A stretch of DNA of 64,000 nucleotides, from the NCBI GenBank assembly GCA_963726265.1, contig CAVSBQ010000002.1, positions 224,001 through 288,000 of the forward strand. The letters are read 5' to 3'. The translations under genes and the position numbers were made by a program. The notes under the pieces are model-generated. The model did not search any database. It was given only the letters and a program-made list of their open reading frames with translations, and was not told the DNA's origin. The DNA is from Candidatus Aenigmatarchaeota archaeon (GTDB lineage: Archaea; Aenigmatarchaeota; Aenigmatarchaeia; QMZP01; QMZT01). Below, piece by piece: positions 8,460-18,545 of the stretch; within the stretch, counting starts at the first letter, position 1; the number at the start of each line of letters is the position of its first letter.

Positions 8460-10362
8460 ATGACCCTCACCAGAAGGGAGTTCATGGAGCTTTCCGCCGC
8501 GGCTGCATCCCTCTATATTTTGAACCCGGCAAAGCTTATCGGAAAAGCCGGCGAAAACGCGGGCGGATGGACATCCTCTTCCGAAAAGGAATGGAGCTGG
8601 AGCGGGCATTTCAGCGAATGGATGGAGGGCAAGGAATTCAAATTCCCCTATGACTCTGAGCTTTTCTACTACCCCGAAAGAATCGTGGCCATGAGAGGCA
8701 ACCTTGCCAAAAGGCTTCTGTACCAGTCTGACGATTTGAAGCATGACCACGGGCAGCATATAATGAGACGCGGGGGCAATCTGGAAAACGTCTACTATGC
8801 GGACCTCAGCATACGAACGAAGAAAAAGCTGGACCTGCAGGTGCGCTTTGGCGACAGGCCGGACAGGCTGCCGGACCGCGAATCCCGCAGCCTCTCCTCC
8901 AACTGCATCGACCTCAAAGGCGTCGAAGGGGACGTACACGTAACGCTGCCGCTGGAGTTCATAGAAAACGACAGCGGCAGGGTCTTCTATCAGATTTTAT
9001 ACAAAGACGGCGGCGCCTACAGGCCCATCTCTCCTGTGCGCGCATCCAAAAACCTGAAATACAGCAAGAATCCGGATTTATACTTATTTGCCGACGACCA
9101 CAAGTTTGATGGCCGGTTCAACGAAGCGCTGCCGCTCCGCCGGGGCGTATCCAACATCATCAGCGGCCTGGAGGCGGAGTATTTTTACGATTTCCTGCAA
9201 AAATCCATCGAAAGAGTCGACTGGCTGAATAGCGCTGATATGGGTCTCAGGTACAACGTGGAAATGCTGAAGGACACATATCATCAAGCGCAGACATTCG
9301 CCTTCATGATAAAAGAAGGCATCCATCCTGACGCGATATTTGACGGCAACGATGGCCTGGGCATCCATCGCTACAGGCTCAAGCGCCAGGGCCTTATCGA
9401 AAACGATAACCAGATCCCTTCAGAAAAAGAATGGCTTGAAATTGCGCGGAAAATTTGGGAGCGCGAAAGGAGATATTACGGTCTTTTTACGCCTCTGGTT
9501 TCGGTGTATAAAGCTGAAGGGAATCACGACGGCGGCGGCATATACCACAACCCGGCGCATAAAGCAGCGGCAAAGGCGAGGATGGAGATGTGGACGCAGC
9601 CGGGTGAATTCGAAGGCTGCTCCCCGGAACAAAACTACTATGTAGTGCCGCTGGCGGGCGGGAAAGTGGAATTTCACGTCCTCGACATAGTCAAGTACTC
9701 GGCTTCATACGACAAAAAAAGCCCCAACAGGCCGGAGAATTTCAGGTTAGGCGACGGGCAGACGGCATGGCATGAAAGGAAGTCGGAAGAAAGCCAGGCC
9801 CTGATGAATTTCATTGTGATGCACCATCTTGCAGGCGGGTGGCCCAAAAATCCGGAAGGCACGAAATGGGGAGGCTACGGCAGGGGCCATGCTTTACACG
9901 CGCGAACACTACGAATATTACTGCAGGAATTTCGGAAAATATTTCAACCCGCCGCTTGACATCGAGCAAATACAGCAGTGGAAGATAACACAGAAAGCCC
10001 TGGACAACAATTTCAGGGGCATCATATCCAACCATGACCACTTGCAATATCTTGAAAACAATCGGGTGCAACAGGAGCGGCAAAGAAGTGTTTGGGATGA
10101 TCCCCGGAACCATGAACCAAGTCGGGGAAGAACCTGCATGGTCAATTGATCAGGACTGCTGGGTGAATGAATACGGCCCCTGGAAAAAGGGAATGTTCCT
10201 GAGCGCCCCTGTGATAAGCAGGATGAGAATAAGGCCGGGTTCGGACTCGATTGAAATACAAGCCATATGCAGCTCAACCCCGCCGGACCAATTTTCCAAT
10301 CTGAGATACATTGTAAAATGGGACGGAGAGTGGGAGAGGTCCTCAGGCAATACCTGTACTGA
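8460..10362 (+). CDS. Tat-signal secreted calcineurin-like metallophosphoesterase (several frameshifts after 9880)
   Basis: MTLTRREFMELSAAAASL twin-arginine signal; motifs FADDH, DGND, GNHD, MHH and NHDH (second frame). Confidence 0.65.
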
Positions 10363-10407
10363 TGCATCAGACCAGTTTTATTTAAGTCCGTTCCACAATT
10401 CCTATAA

Positions 10408-10972
10408 ATGGCATTTCTCGTCCTCGGCCTCACTGGGAGGCGCGGCTGCGGCAAGGACACGATGGCCGATTATCTAGAAAGCGAGATACGGCTTCCGCGT
10501 CCTGACCTACACCAACGACGTGCTCGGCCCCGTCCTGAAGGAGCGCGGCCTCGCCGTCACGCGCGAAAACCTCATAGACCTCGCGCTCGAGATGCGCAGG
10601 GATTGCGGCAGGGACGTCCTGACCGAGCTCATCTGCAGGAGGATCGAACGCAGCGGCTTCTGGGCGATAAGCGGGGTGCGCTACCCGGAGGAAGTCGGCT
10701 ATTTCAAAAAGGCATTCGGCGACGCTTTCAGGCTGGTCCATGTCGCCTGCTGCACGAAAAAACGATATGCGCGCGTGCGGAAACGCGGCACCAAGGGCGA
10801 AGGCCGCATGAGCCTGAAGAAGTTCATGGAAATCGAGGGCAAGGAAACGGAAAAAATCATGAACGAGACGATAGGCCTCGCCGACTTCTCGGTCAGCAAC
10901 GACGGGACTATAAGGCAGTTCGAGACGGCGATAGATGGGCTGGCCAGGAAAATCGGCATCCCGAAAAGATAA
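10408..10972 (+). CDS. P-loop nucleotide kinase (dephospho-CoA-kinase/COG0237-like; frameshift near 10485)
   Basis: GLTGRRGCGKDT; ISGVRYPEE; RYARVRKRG; ADFSVSNDG. Confidence 0.8.
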
Positions 10973-10975
10973 ACG

Positions 10976-12140
10976 CTATTTCTCCCCGACGTGGAAAACC
11001 CTGAGGAAAAGCGCCAGCAGGAACGAGCACGATATTGTCGTGATGCCGGCGATTATCAGCGGTACATTGTATCCCATCATCTGCCCCATGGCGCCGAAGA
11101 CGAGCGAGCCCGCGACCTGGCCCATGAGCATGACCGCGAACATCACTCCCGAGCCGCCTCCGACCCTCTCGACGTTGAACAGCTTCGCGACCCAGAAAAG
11201 ACCGCTATGTCCGCCATGCCGTCCCCTGCTTCGTGGAATGATTCTCATGACGAACGAGAACCAGGGAACCGGGACGGTATTTAATATGAGCGACGCGCCG
11301 GAGACTATCAGGCCGGCGAGGAACACGTTCCTCATGTTGCTCTTGCCCTTGTCTATCCTCCTGCCGAAGTAGTATGAAGTGAGGCCGAGGAAGGGGAGCG
11401 TCAGAGATGTGTAGAGCCCTATCATGAACATGTCCAGGCCCAGGTTCGTGCTCAGGAACAGGCCGTACGAAGTCCTTTCCGCGCCCCAGTGCAGCGAGAA
11501 CAGGAACATCACTATGCCGATGGATATGACCTTCGCGTTCAGGAAATCCCTTTTGTACTGCCTGAGCTTTATGGTGTATTTCGAGGTCGACCTGAACGAG
11601 ACGAACGGTATGAGCACGAGGTATGCCAGGCCCATTATCTTGAGGCCGAGAGGGAACCCGATCAGAAAAACGAGAACGCTGCCGATGAATAAACCAAGGG
11701 AAGCGGAAAGCATCCTGACCAGGGTGAACGAGCCGAACTTCCTGCCCTCCCTGCCTTCGATATGCGTCTTGAACAGCAGACTTCGCAGTGAGACGTCGCC
11801 GAGATTGTTGCCGAGCCCGCCTATCAAAAACAGGGGTATGAATATCACAAAACTCTCGAACAGGCCCAGGCCGAAAAAGAATGCCGCCAGCATGGCCATG
11901 CCTGATGACCAGGGTAAGGCGTATCGTCCACTTGTCGTTTATCACGCCCGTCGGGAAGGCGACGAATATCGACGCGACCGCATAGACCGACACCAGCAGG
12001 CCTATCTGATAGCCGCTGAGCCCTACGGACGAAAGGTAGATGGGCAGCGCGAAGGACGTGAACGAGAAGAACATCGAGAAGAAGAACAGCAGCATGAGGC
12101 CGCGCCTGAAATCGGCATCTTCGCTGGCCGTCGCTTTCAT
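10976..12140 (-). CDS. MFS transporter (frameshift near 11905)
   Basis: About 12 hydrophobic segments over two frames; GVINDKW motif-A-like loop. Confidence 0.85.
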
Positions 12141-12331
12141 CTCTTTCGCTGCCTTTCTAATCCTTCCCAGACCCCAATCATATTCTTAATATGGAGGCAA
12201 TCACTAATTTAAACATTCGGGAGCAAAAAGGTTAATTGAATAAACAGCAGACAAGCCGACACATGCGAAGCATGTGGCCTTCGCTGGTCACAGGCCGACA
12301 ATGGCGCAGGCAATTGTCTTTCCAAGGCGAC

Positions 12332-12482
12332 GCCTCAGTAGCTCAGCCTGGTAGAGCGATCGACTTGTATCGATATGACGAGGTCTCAACGGCCAATGAA
12401 TTCGGATATGCCGGCATGCACGAAGTGTATGCCTTTCGCGCAAGATATCGATAGGTCCTGGGTTCAACTCCCAGCTGGGGCT
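12332..12482 (+). tRNA. tRNA-Thr(TGT) with 77-nt intron at 37/38 (12370-12446)
   Basis: Acceptor GCCTCAG/CTGGGGC; D-arm GCTC/GAGC; anticodon arm ATCGA-CT-TGT-A|A-TCGAT; T-arm CTGGG-TTCAACT-CCCAG; BHB helix CTTG/CAAG. Confidence 0.93.
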
Positions 12483-12485
12483 TTT

Positions 12486-13606
12486 CTAAGAAGGCAGCAT
12501 CCCGAAAATAAGCCCGCCAGCGCGGAATAAATTATCACCAGCAGTACGTAGGCTACCGTCTTTTTGTTACCCATGAATTGCCTTATCGCCAGCATGCTGG
12601 GAAGGCTGAGCGAAGGTCCCGAAAGCAGCAGGGCAAGCGCCGGGCCGGCATGCATGCCCTTGGCCATGAGCGCCTGTATTATCGGGATTTCTGTGAGCGT
12701 CGAGAAATACATGAAAGCCCCGAATACTGAGACCGCAAGGTTTCCCATGAGAGTGTTCTGCCCGGCGACGCTTCTGATGAATTCCTCCGGGATGAGGTAC
12801 ATGATGACCCCGGCTAAGAAAACGCCGATGAAAAGCATGGGAATGAGCTTTTTGGCGTAGAACCACGTCTCTCCAAGCCATTCCTTCGAGGATGCCCTGT
12901 TCAGGCCGAAAATGCCCACGATGGCCGCGGCCACAGCAAGCGCGGCCATGGCGCCGTATTTGATGAAAAAGCCTGTTTGTATGCCATTGACTATGAGTAT
13001 GCCGACGAGGGAAAGGAAAAGCACGATAACGAACGCCTTGGAATCCGGCTTGGCCTCCCTTTTCTTGACTTTCCACTTGCCTCTCCCGGCCTTCTCACGG
13101 AAGACGAAAGCCATGGTCAGTCCGACGAGTATTGACAGCGATATGGACGCGACGATCCTGGCGGCGCCTATCTGCCAGCCGAGCACGCTGATGGTCAGGA
13201 ACATTGCAGTTATGTTTATCGCGGGACCGGAGAAAAGGAATGTCACCGCCGGTCCGAGGCCTGCGCCGCGCTTCCTGATACTGGCGAACAGCGGAAGGAC
13301 CGTGCACGAGCACACCGCGAGTATCGCCCCCGACACGGAAGCTATGGCGTAAGACACGTATTTTTTCGCCGAAGGGCCCATGTATTTTATGACCGAATCC
13401 TTTTTGATGAAGACGGATATGGCGCCGGCTATGAAAAGTGCCGGCACAAGGCACGCTATGACGTGCTGGGTCGCATACTCGTGCAGTAGCGAAAAGGCGT
13501 TGAGCACCGCCCCGTCGAACAGCAGCGAACCGGCAGGCATGAAATAAAGGGCCAGAAAAACCGCAACCAGTATGATGAAAGCGTTCCTGTTTTCCATAAA
13601 AACCAC
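12486..13606 (-). CDS. ArsP/DUF318 family permease
   Basis: LAVCSCTVLPLF, FLFSGPAIN, FMYFSTLTEIPI, LLSGPSLSLP. The true end is probably GLIFGMLPS* (1-nt frameshift), which avoids the tRNA. Confidence 0.88.
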
Positions 13607-13607
13607 G

Positions 13608-13865
13608 TCATTCTATGTTTTTCGCCCCTTCGATTAGTTTGTAAATTTCTGGCCTGGCGACGCGATAAAGAATCTTCTTGCCGTCTTTCCTGCTGGCGAG
13701 TATGCCGGCGTCTTTCAGTATCTTGAGGTGCAGCGAAACGTTGGGCTGGGACTTTCCGACCTTCGAGGGAAGCTCGCAGGCGCATCTCTCGCCGTCCCTG
13801 AGAAGCTCGATTATCTTCAGCCTCGTCGGGTCGGCGAGCGCCCTGAAAACGACGGCCTTGTCCAT
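13608..13865 (-). CDS. ArsR/SmtB family repressor
   Basis: FRALADPTRLKIIELL...ERCACEL...SQPNVSLHLKILKDAG. Confidence 0.93.
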   Translation of the reverse strand: MDKAVVFRALADPTRLKIIELLRDGERCACELPSKVGKSQPNVSLHLKILKDAGILASRKDGKKILYRVARPEIYKLIEGAKNIE

Positions 13866-13926
13866 GTGAAATATATTTGTTTATTTAAATATATAAATAT
13901 CAGATGGGCGATTAGAGAGATAAATT

Positions 13927-14009
13927 AGGATGGCTGTTCGGAGGGGCTTTTGGGCCTTCCCTCCTGGGGCTTTCAACCCGAGGTTAAATCCCCAACGGTT
14001 CTTAGTCCT
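13927..14009 (+). ncRNA. Candidate structured small RNA (three-way junction)
   Basis: GC-rich island in an AT-rich spacer with stems GGCTGTT/AACGGTT, GGAGGG/CCCTCC, TGGGG/CCCCA and AACC/GGTT; TATA-like sequence upstream and T-rich tract downstream. Confidence 0.4.
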
Positions 14010-14081
14010 GGATCTTCTTTTTCTCTTTTACAGGGTACACGTAAAAATCAATTTATAAATATGTACCCCCTAATTATACAC

Positions 14082-15008
14082 ATGGCATATCATGAAGAGA
14101 AGAAAATCGGTGGGAAAAATTTTCATTACATCGTAAAGGTTGTAAGAATCGGTGGGAAAATAAAGAAATTGCGAGTTTATGCGGGTAAGGGTGAAAAAAG
14201 CAAAAAAGAAATCAGCGAACTTATCAGCAAATTCTCACCACAACTTGAAGATAAAACCAAAAAACTCCTTTCAAAAAAGGATCCGTTATATGGCATTTTG
14301 ACCGAAGAGGAAAATGAACTGCTTGAAAAAATAAAGTCAGATAACCAGAAAAAGATTAAAAAAATGGACAACCTTGCGTGGAAAAATTATTACGAATGGT
14401 TCATAGTCCAGTTCACCTACAATACGAATGCGATAGAAGGCTCGACGCTCAGTCAAGAAGACACAAACCTCATACTTTTCGAGAATACGGTACCAAGGGG
14501 CAAGTCAACGAGAGAGATAAACGAAGCTCAGAATCACAAGGAAGCATTCGATTTTATCATCGAATATGATGGAAACATGACAAAGCGATTCGTGCTGAAC
14601 ATACATAAAAAACTCATGCACAATATCCTTTGGAAGGCTGCCGGAAGATTCAGGGATGTCGATGTCTACATACGCGGTGTTGACATGATTCCGCCGCCGC
14701 ATAATATTGTTGAACAGGAGTTCAAAAAACTGATGGCATGGTATTCTAAAAGCCGACGAAAATACAACCCGATTGTCGTTGCCGCGTATTTTCACTCGGC
14801 TTTCGAGTCCATTCACCCGTTCAGGGACGGAAACGGCAGATCCGGCAGGCTCATTATCAATTTCATGCTCAGAAAGGAAGGCTTCCCTATGATAGACATC
14901 AAGAACAAAGACAAGGAAAGATACTACAAGTCTCTCTATGAGGCCCAGAAAAATTACAATCTAAGACCGCTTGTCGAGATGATTGTCGATTACCTAAAGG
15001 AAACCTAA
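14082..15008 (+). CDS. Fic family AMPylase (class II, N-terminal inhibitory motif)
   Basis: HPFRDGNGRSGR catalytic motif; TNAIEG inhibitory motif; basic N-terminal extension. Confidence 0.93.
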   Translation: MAYHEEKKIGGKNFHYIVKVVRIGGKIKKLRVYAGKGEKSKKEISELISKFSPQLEDKTKKLLSKKDPLYGILTEEENELLEKIKSDNQKKIKKMDNLAWKNYYEWFIVQFTYNTNAIEGSTLSQEDTNLILFENTVPRGKSTREINEAQNHKEAFDFIIEYDGNMTKRFVLNIHKKLMHNILWKAAGRFRDVDVYIRGVDMIPPPHNIVEQEFKKLMAWYSKSRRKYNPIVVAAYFHSAFESIHPFRDGNGRSGRLIINFMLRKEGFPMIDIKNKDKERYYKSLYEAQKNYNLRPLVEMIVDYLKET

Positions 15009-15021
15009 AGCGGCCGTTTTC

Positions 15022-15486
15022 TCAGTTCACCAGGCCGGTCACGGTCCCTATCTCCGTGTGGTCGAGCCCGCCTGAATTGTAGACTATCGCTATCTTCACC
15101 GAATACGTCGACCCCGGCTCCAGCACAGGCGTTATAGGGAACGATACCTCGCTGGACGCACCGGGCTCGATTACCAGGCCAGGCGGGTCATACGAAGTGC
15201 TCTGGTCGCCTATGGTCGCCGTTATCGTGCGTATGGTTACGGGCGTCGAGAGCCGTCCGTTCGCGAGCTTCAGTACCAGGTTGCCGTTGGCGCTTTTCAG
15301 CTCCCAGTCGACCGGGGTTCCCAGCACCTGGAAGCCCGTAACCGTGCGGCCTGCGAAGGTCATCGGGTTGAACAGGCCCAGGCCGTAAAACGCCGCCGCC
15401 AGTATCACCACAATCAGGATGGCCCAGCCATACGACATGAGGTATTCCATCGCGGACTGCGCCTTCTCTTTTGCGAATTTTCTCAT
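15022..15486 (-). CDS. Archaeal pilin-like protein (class III signal peptide)
   Basis: KEKA|QSAMEYLMSYGWAILIVVIL. Confidence 0.85.
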   Translation of the reverse strand: MRKFAKEKAQSAMEYLMSYGWAILIVVILAAAFYGLGLFNPMTFAGRTVTGFQVLGTPVDWELKSANGNLVLKLANGRLSTPVTIRTITATIGDQSTSYDPPGLVIEPGASSEVSFPITPVLEPGSTYSVKIAIVYNSGGLDHTEIGTVTGLVN

Positions 15487-15594
15487 AACCGACCGCCTTT
15501 GTAAAATTCAATGCAATTCCGATAGTATTATTATGGAAAAAATAAATAAAGAAAGGTAAGCAACGCACGAACATATTCAAGAGAGGTGACATGC

Positions 15595-15855
15595 ATGGAA
15601 GAAAAAATCTGCCAGAGCTGCGGCATGCCTTTGCGGAAGGACGTTGATTTCGGGACGAACGCGGGCGGGAACAAAAGCAAGGAATACTGCTTCCACTGCT
15701 TCCAGAAAGGCAAATTCCTGGATGAAGGCATAACCCTGAAGGCGAAGATTGACAAGAACGTCGGGTTTGCGGTCCGCATGGGAATGCAGGAAGCCGAAGC
15801 GAGAAAAATGGCGTCAAGCATCCTGCCGAAGCTCAAAAGATGGAGAAAGGCGTGA
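15595..15855 (+). CDS. Putative zinc-ribbon protein
   Basis: CQSCGMP...GTN..G.KS.EYCFHCF...LPKLKRW. Confidence 0.85.
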   Translation: MEEKICQSCGMPLRKDVDFGTNAGGNKSKEYCFHCFQKGKFLDEGITLKAKIDKNVGFAVRMGMQEAEARKMASSILPKLKRWRKA

Positions 15856-15884
15856 ATAAGTAAAATCATCACAAAAGCATCATT

Positions 15885-16619
15885 ATGTCGAAAAAGACTC
15901 GTTTGCTAGCGCTGCTCATGCGTTCCGGCGAATTCGAACGTACGGCGGAAGCGGAAGAAGCCGTGCGTGAAGGAAGAATCACAATCGACGGCAAGCCGGC
16001 AACGAATCCGCAGCACTCGGTCAAGGCCAGGGCAGTCATCAGCATCGACGGCCGCGAGCTTAGACCGGCGGAATTCGTTTACGCCATCCTCAACAAGCAG
16101 GCCGATATGGTCTGCCAGAAAACTGACAAGGAAAAATCGATTTACGACGTCATCGCCTCTATCGCGGAAATCGACGCTAAGACGCGGAAGCCTGTTCTGC
16201 GTAGGCAGGCTGGACAAGGACACGGAAGGCCTGCTGATTGTGACGAACGACGGACGGCTGGAAAAACTACTGACAAGGAAGGAGAACCGTGTTATCAAGA
16301 CTTATGCCGTCACGACGGTCGGCCCTGTCACAGAAGACGACATCGCAGCCCTCAAGAAGGGGGTGCAGATAACCGACGACGACACGAACAGGGCGTTCCT
16401 GGTCAAGGCCGCGGCCATCCGCAGGCTCGGCGGAAAACAGATAGAGATGGACATAGACGAGGGTAGGAAGCGCCAAATCAAGAAGATGTTCGAGGCGCTC
16501 GGTAACAGCGTGACGTTTCGCTTAAGCGCGTGGCAATCGGCCCGCTGAGGCTGGAGGACCTCGACTTCAAAGGGAAGCCGTATCTGATAGTCAAAAGGAG
16601 CGACCTGAAAATCAGGTAG
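15885..16619 (+). CDS. RsuA/RluB-family pseudouridine synthase with S4 domain (frameshifts near 16190 and 16520)
   Basis: S4-like N-terminus, LNKQ, VGRLDKDTEGLLIVTNDG (catalytic Asp), EGRKRQIKKMF. Confidence 0.88.
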
Positions 16620-16659
16620 CGCTTCGTGTGCCTTATTGGCTCTTTATGCTTCAGAAAAT

Positions 16660-16812
16660 TTAGGCTTTTCTCCTATCGTAGCATTCCCGGCAGTAGTATT
16701 CCCAGGCCTGCGAAGGATACAGCTGGACCGCGTTGGTCGAGTCCTTGCCGCACACCGTGCACAGGTTTTGCATGAGATGTCTGAGAATAAATTTGCCTGA
16801 CGTCTTGTCCAT
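16660..16812 (-). CDS. Small Cys-rich zinc-finger protein
   Basis: CTVCG...YYCRECY. Confidence 0.5.
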   Translation of the reverse strand: MDKTSGKFILRHLMQNLCTVCGKDSTNAVQLYPSQAWEYYCRECYDRRKA

Positions 16813-16997
16813 TCCAGTAGTCAACATTATTCTCCAAACGTTACTCGAACGATAACCCAATGATGCCTTTGATATGCCTGTGTGTGCTTGTGTATACTAT
16901 ATATTGGAGCCGCCGACATATAAGGCCATATAAGGGCCTGAATTGGGTTTTTGGCGTTTAAACATAGCCTTTTAAGGCAAAATTCGAATTTTAAATC

Positions 16998-17198
16998 ATG
17001 AATATTAAAGTTGTTCTGTTTATTTTAGTCATCATTACCCTTTTATCCACTCTTTTGATTTCTGGTTGCACTAACATGATTGAAACATGCAAACAAAAAT
17101 ATGATAGGTGCGTTTCTGACTGCAAACAAAGAGGTGCTTTTCAACAACTATTGTGTCAGGCTGATTGTGAAGGCCAATATGCTAAATGCCACGACTAA
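16998..17198 (+). CDS. Small Cys-rich lipoprotein
   Basis: Lipobox LISG|C followed by six further Cys in a helical-hairpin pattern. Confidence 0.6.
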   Translation: MNIKVVLFILVIITLLSTLLISGCTNMIETCKQKYDRCVSDCKQRGAFQQLLCQADCEGQYAKCHD

Positions 17199-17220
17199 AG
17201 ATTGAAAGAAGGTATGATGA

Positions 17221-17901
17221 ATGGTAAAACATCAAAAACTCCAATTTTATAAGAAATTGGCAATTGTTTTCGCCATCTCTAACATCGTTCTCGGCGTATG
17301 GCTTGGTGTTTTTTATTTAAATTCGAGTAGTTGGATTGAACACTATAAAAAATTGTATAATTGGAGTGAGTCAAATTGCACGAAATTCATTGAAGATTAT
17401 GAAAATTTATTAGATTCAAGCAGGTCGAATTTTAGTTATTACTATCATTCACTTGAATCAAATTGCACTTATTACCTAAATGCATGTTATGAAAGAGAAG
17501 AAGAATATGGAAATATGATAGACTTATTGCTGGGCAAATCGCATGTAAATTCAACTACAGCAAAGGCAAACAATCAGACAAACTATTCATATTTTGGAGG
17601 GCGCATTATTGCAGCCGATGGGCAATTTCTTGGGGTTATAAACAGCAATAGTTATGACCCAGACAGCATTGCAAATTCGTATGGAACATATGGTAATGAA
17701 TATAGTGCTAAATCGATATGGAACAAATATGGGACATATGGTAATCTTTACAGTACTTATAGCGTGTATAATTCATATGCGAATTCACCGCCTTCCGTTT
17801 ATTTGAATGGAGTATTTTACGCGTATTTAACCAAAAATACATTCAAATCTCCACGATTAGATCCTGACGTAGTAGCAATAGTTATTAGAACAAACACTTA
17901 A
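17221..17901 (+). CDS. Membrane-anchored extracellular protein with a Tyr/Gly/Asn repeat domain
   Basis: N-terminal TM; C-terminal SIANSYGTYGNEYS / SIWNKYGTYGNLYS / SVYNSYA repeats. Confidence 0.65.
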   Translation: MVKHQKLQFYKKLAIVFAISNIVLGVWLGVFYLNSSSWIEHYKKLYNWSESNCTKFIEDYENLLDSSRSNFSYYYHSLESNCTYYLNACYEREEEYGNMIDLLLGKSHVNSTTAKANNQTNYSYFGGRIIAADGQFLGVINSNSYDPDSIANSYGTYGNEYSAKSIWNKYGTYGNLYSTYSVYNSYANSPPSVYLNGVFYAYLTKNTFKSPRLDPDVVAIVIRTNT

Positions 17902-17933
17902 CACAATATTTTTCTTCACGAATTTGCTGCCAG

Positions 17934-18443
17934 CTACTTCGACTTGATGTCGACGACCTTTATCTTAAAGATTAATGTTTTTCCTGCGAGCGGGTGGTTG
18001 AGGTCGAGGGTGACTTCTGTGGCTGCGACTGCCGTGATTCTTGCGGGAATCTGCTGGCCGTTCGGGAGGGTGGCGATGAGCATCATGCCCGCCTTGGGCT
18101 CCGGCTCCTTCGGGAGATGGATGCGCGGCAGCTTCTGTATGAGGGCGGGATTCGGGTCGCCATACGCCTCCGCCGGCTTGAGCTTTATTGTCTTCTCCTC
18201 GCCCTTCCTCATGCCAAGGACGGCGTTGTCGAAGCCCTTTATGATTTTGCCCGAGCCGGCCTCGAACTCGAGCGGCTGGTTGTTGTGGTTGGCGGAGCAG
18301 TCGAATACGGTTCCGTCTTCCAGCGAGCCCTCGTATTCGACCTTGACTATGTCGCCTTTCTTGACAACCTGAGCATCAGACTTGCCTGGTTTCCCGGCTT
18401 TTTCGCCTTTCTTTGAATTCTTTGAATCCTTTGGACCTGCCAT
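17934..18443 (-). CDS. slyD: FKBP-type peptidyl-prolyl isomerase (SlyD-like)
   Basis: VKVEYEGSLEDGTVFD, PLEFEAGSG.II.GF, PAEAYG, LDLNHPLAGKTL. Confidence 0.93.
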   Translation of the reverse strand: MAGPKDSKNSKKGEKAGKPGKSDAQVVKKGDIVKVEYEGSLEDGTVFDCSANHNNQPLEFEAGSGKIIKGFDNAVLGMRKGEEKTIKLKPAEAYGDPNPALIQKLPRIHLPKEPEPKAGMMLIATLPNGQQIPARITAVAATEVTLDLNHPLAGKTLIFKIKVVDIKSK

Positions 18444-18545
18444 ACAAAATCACATTCTCCTTAAGAAATCTCCTTAAGAATATTTATTGAATATTATGAA
18501 GCCTGTTGTTTATAAAATTCCCGCAGGATTCGCGCCCGCAGGGCT

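Noticed and set aside
12370..12446. Hammerhead ribozyme in the tRNA-Thr intron
   Set aside because: ATGACGA resembles the CUGANGA core, but the required GAAA and stem arrangement are absent.
12236..12454. ORF-track 72-aa ORF, and likewise ORFs 40973-41164 and 54266-54787
   Set aside because: They overlap tRNA genes or lie out of frame over real genes, so they are spurious.
18456..18480. Tandem TCTCCTTAAGAA duplication upstream of slyD
   Set aside because: Only two copies with no spacer structure; could be a local duplication or an assembly artefact.
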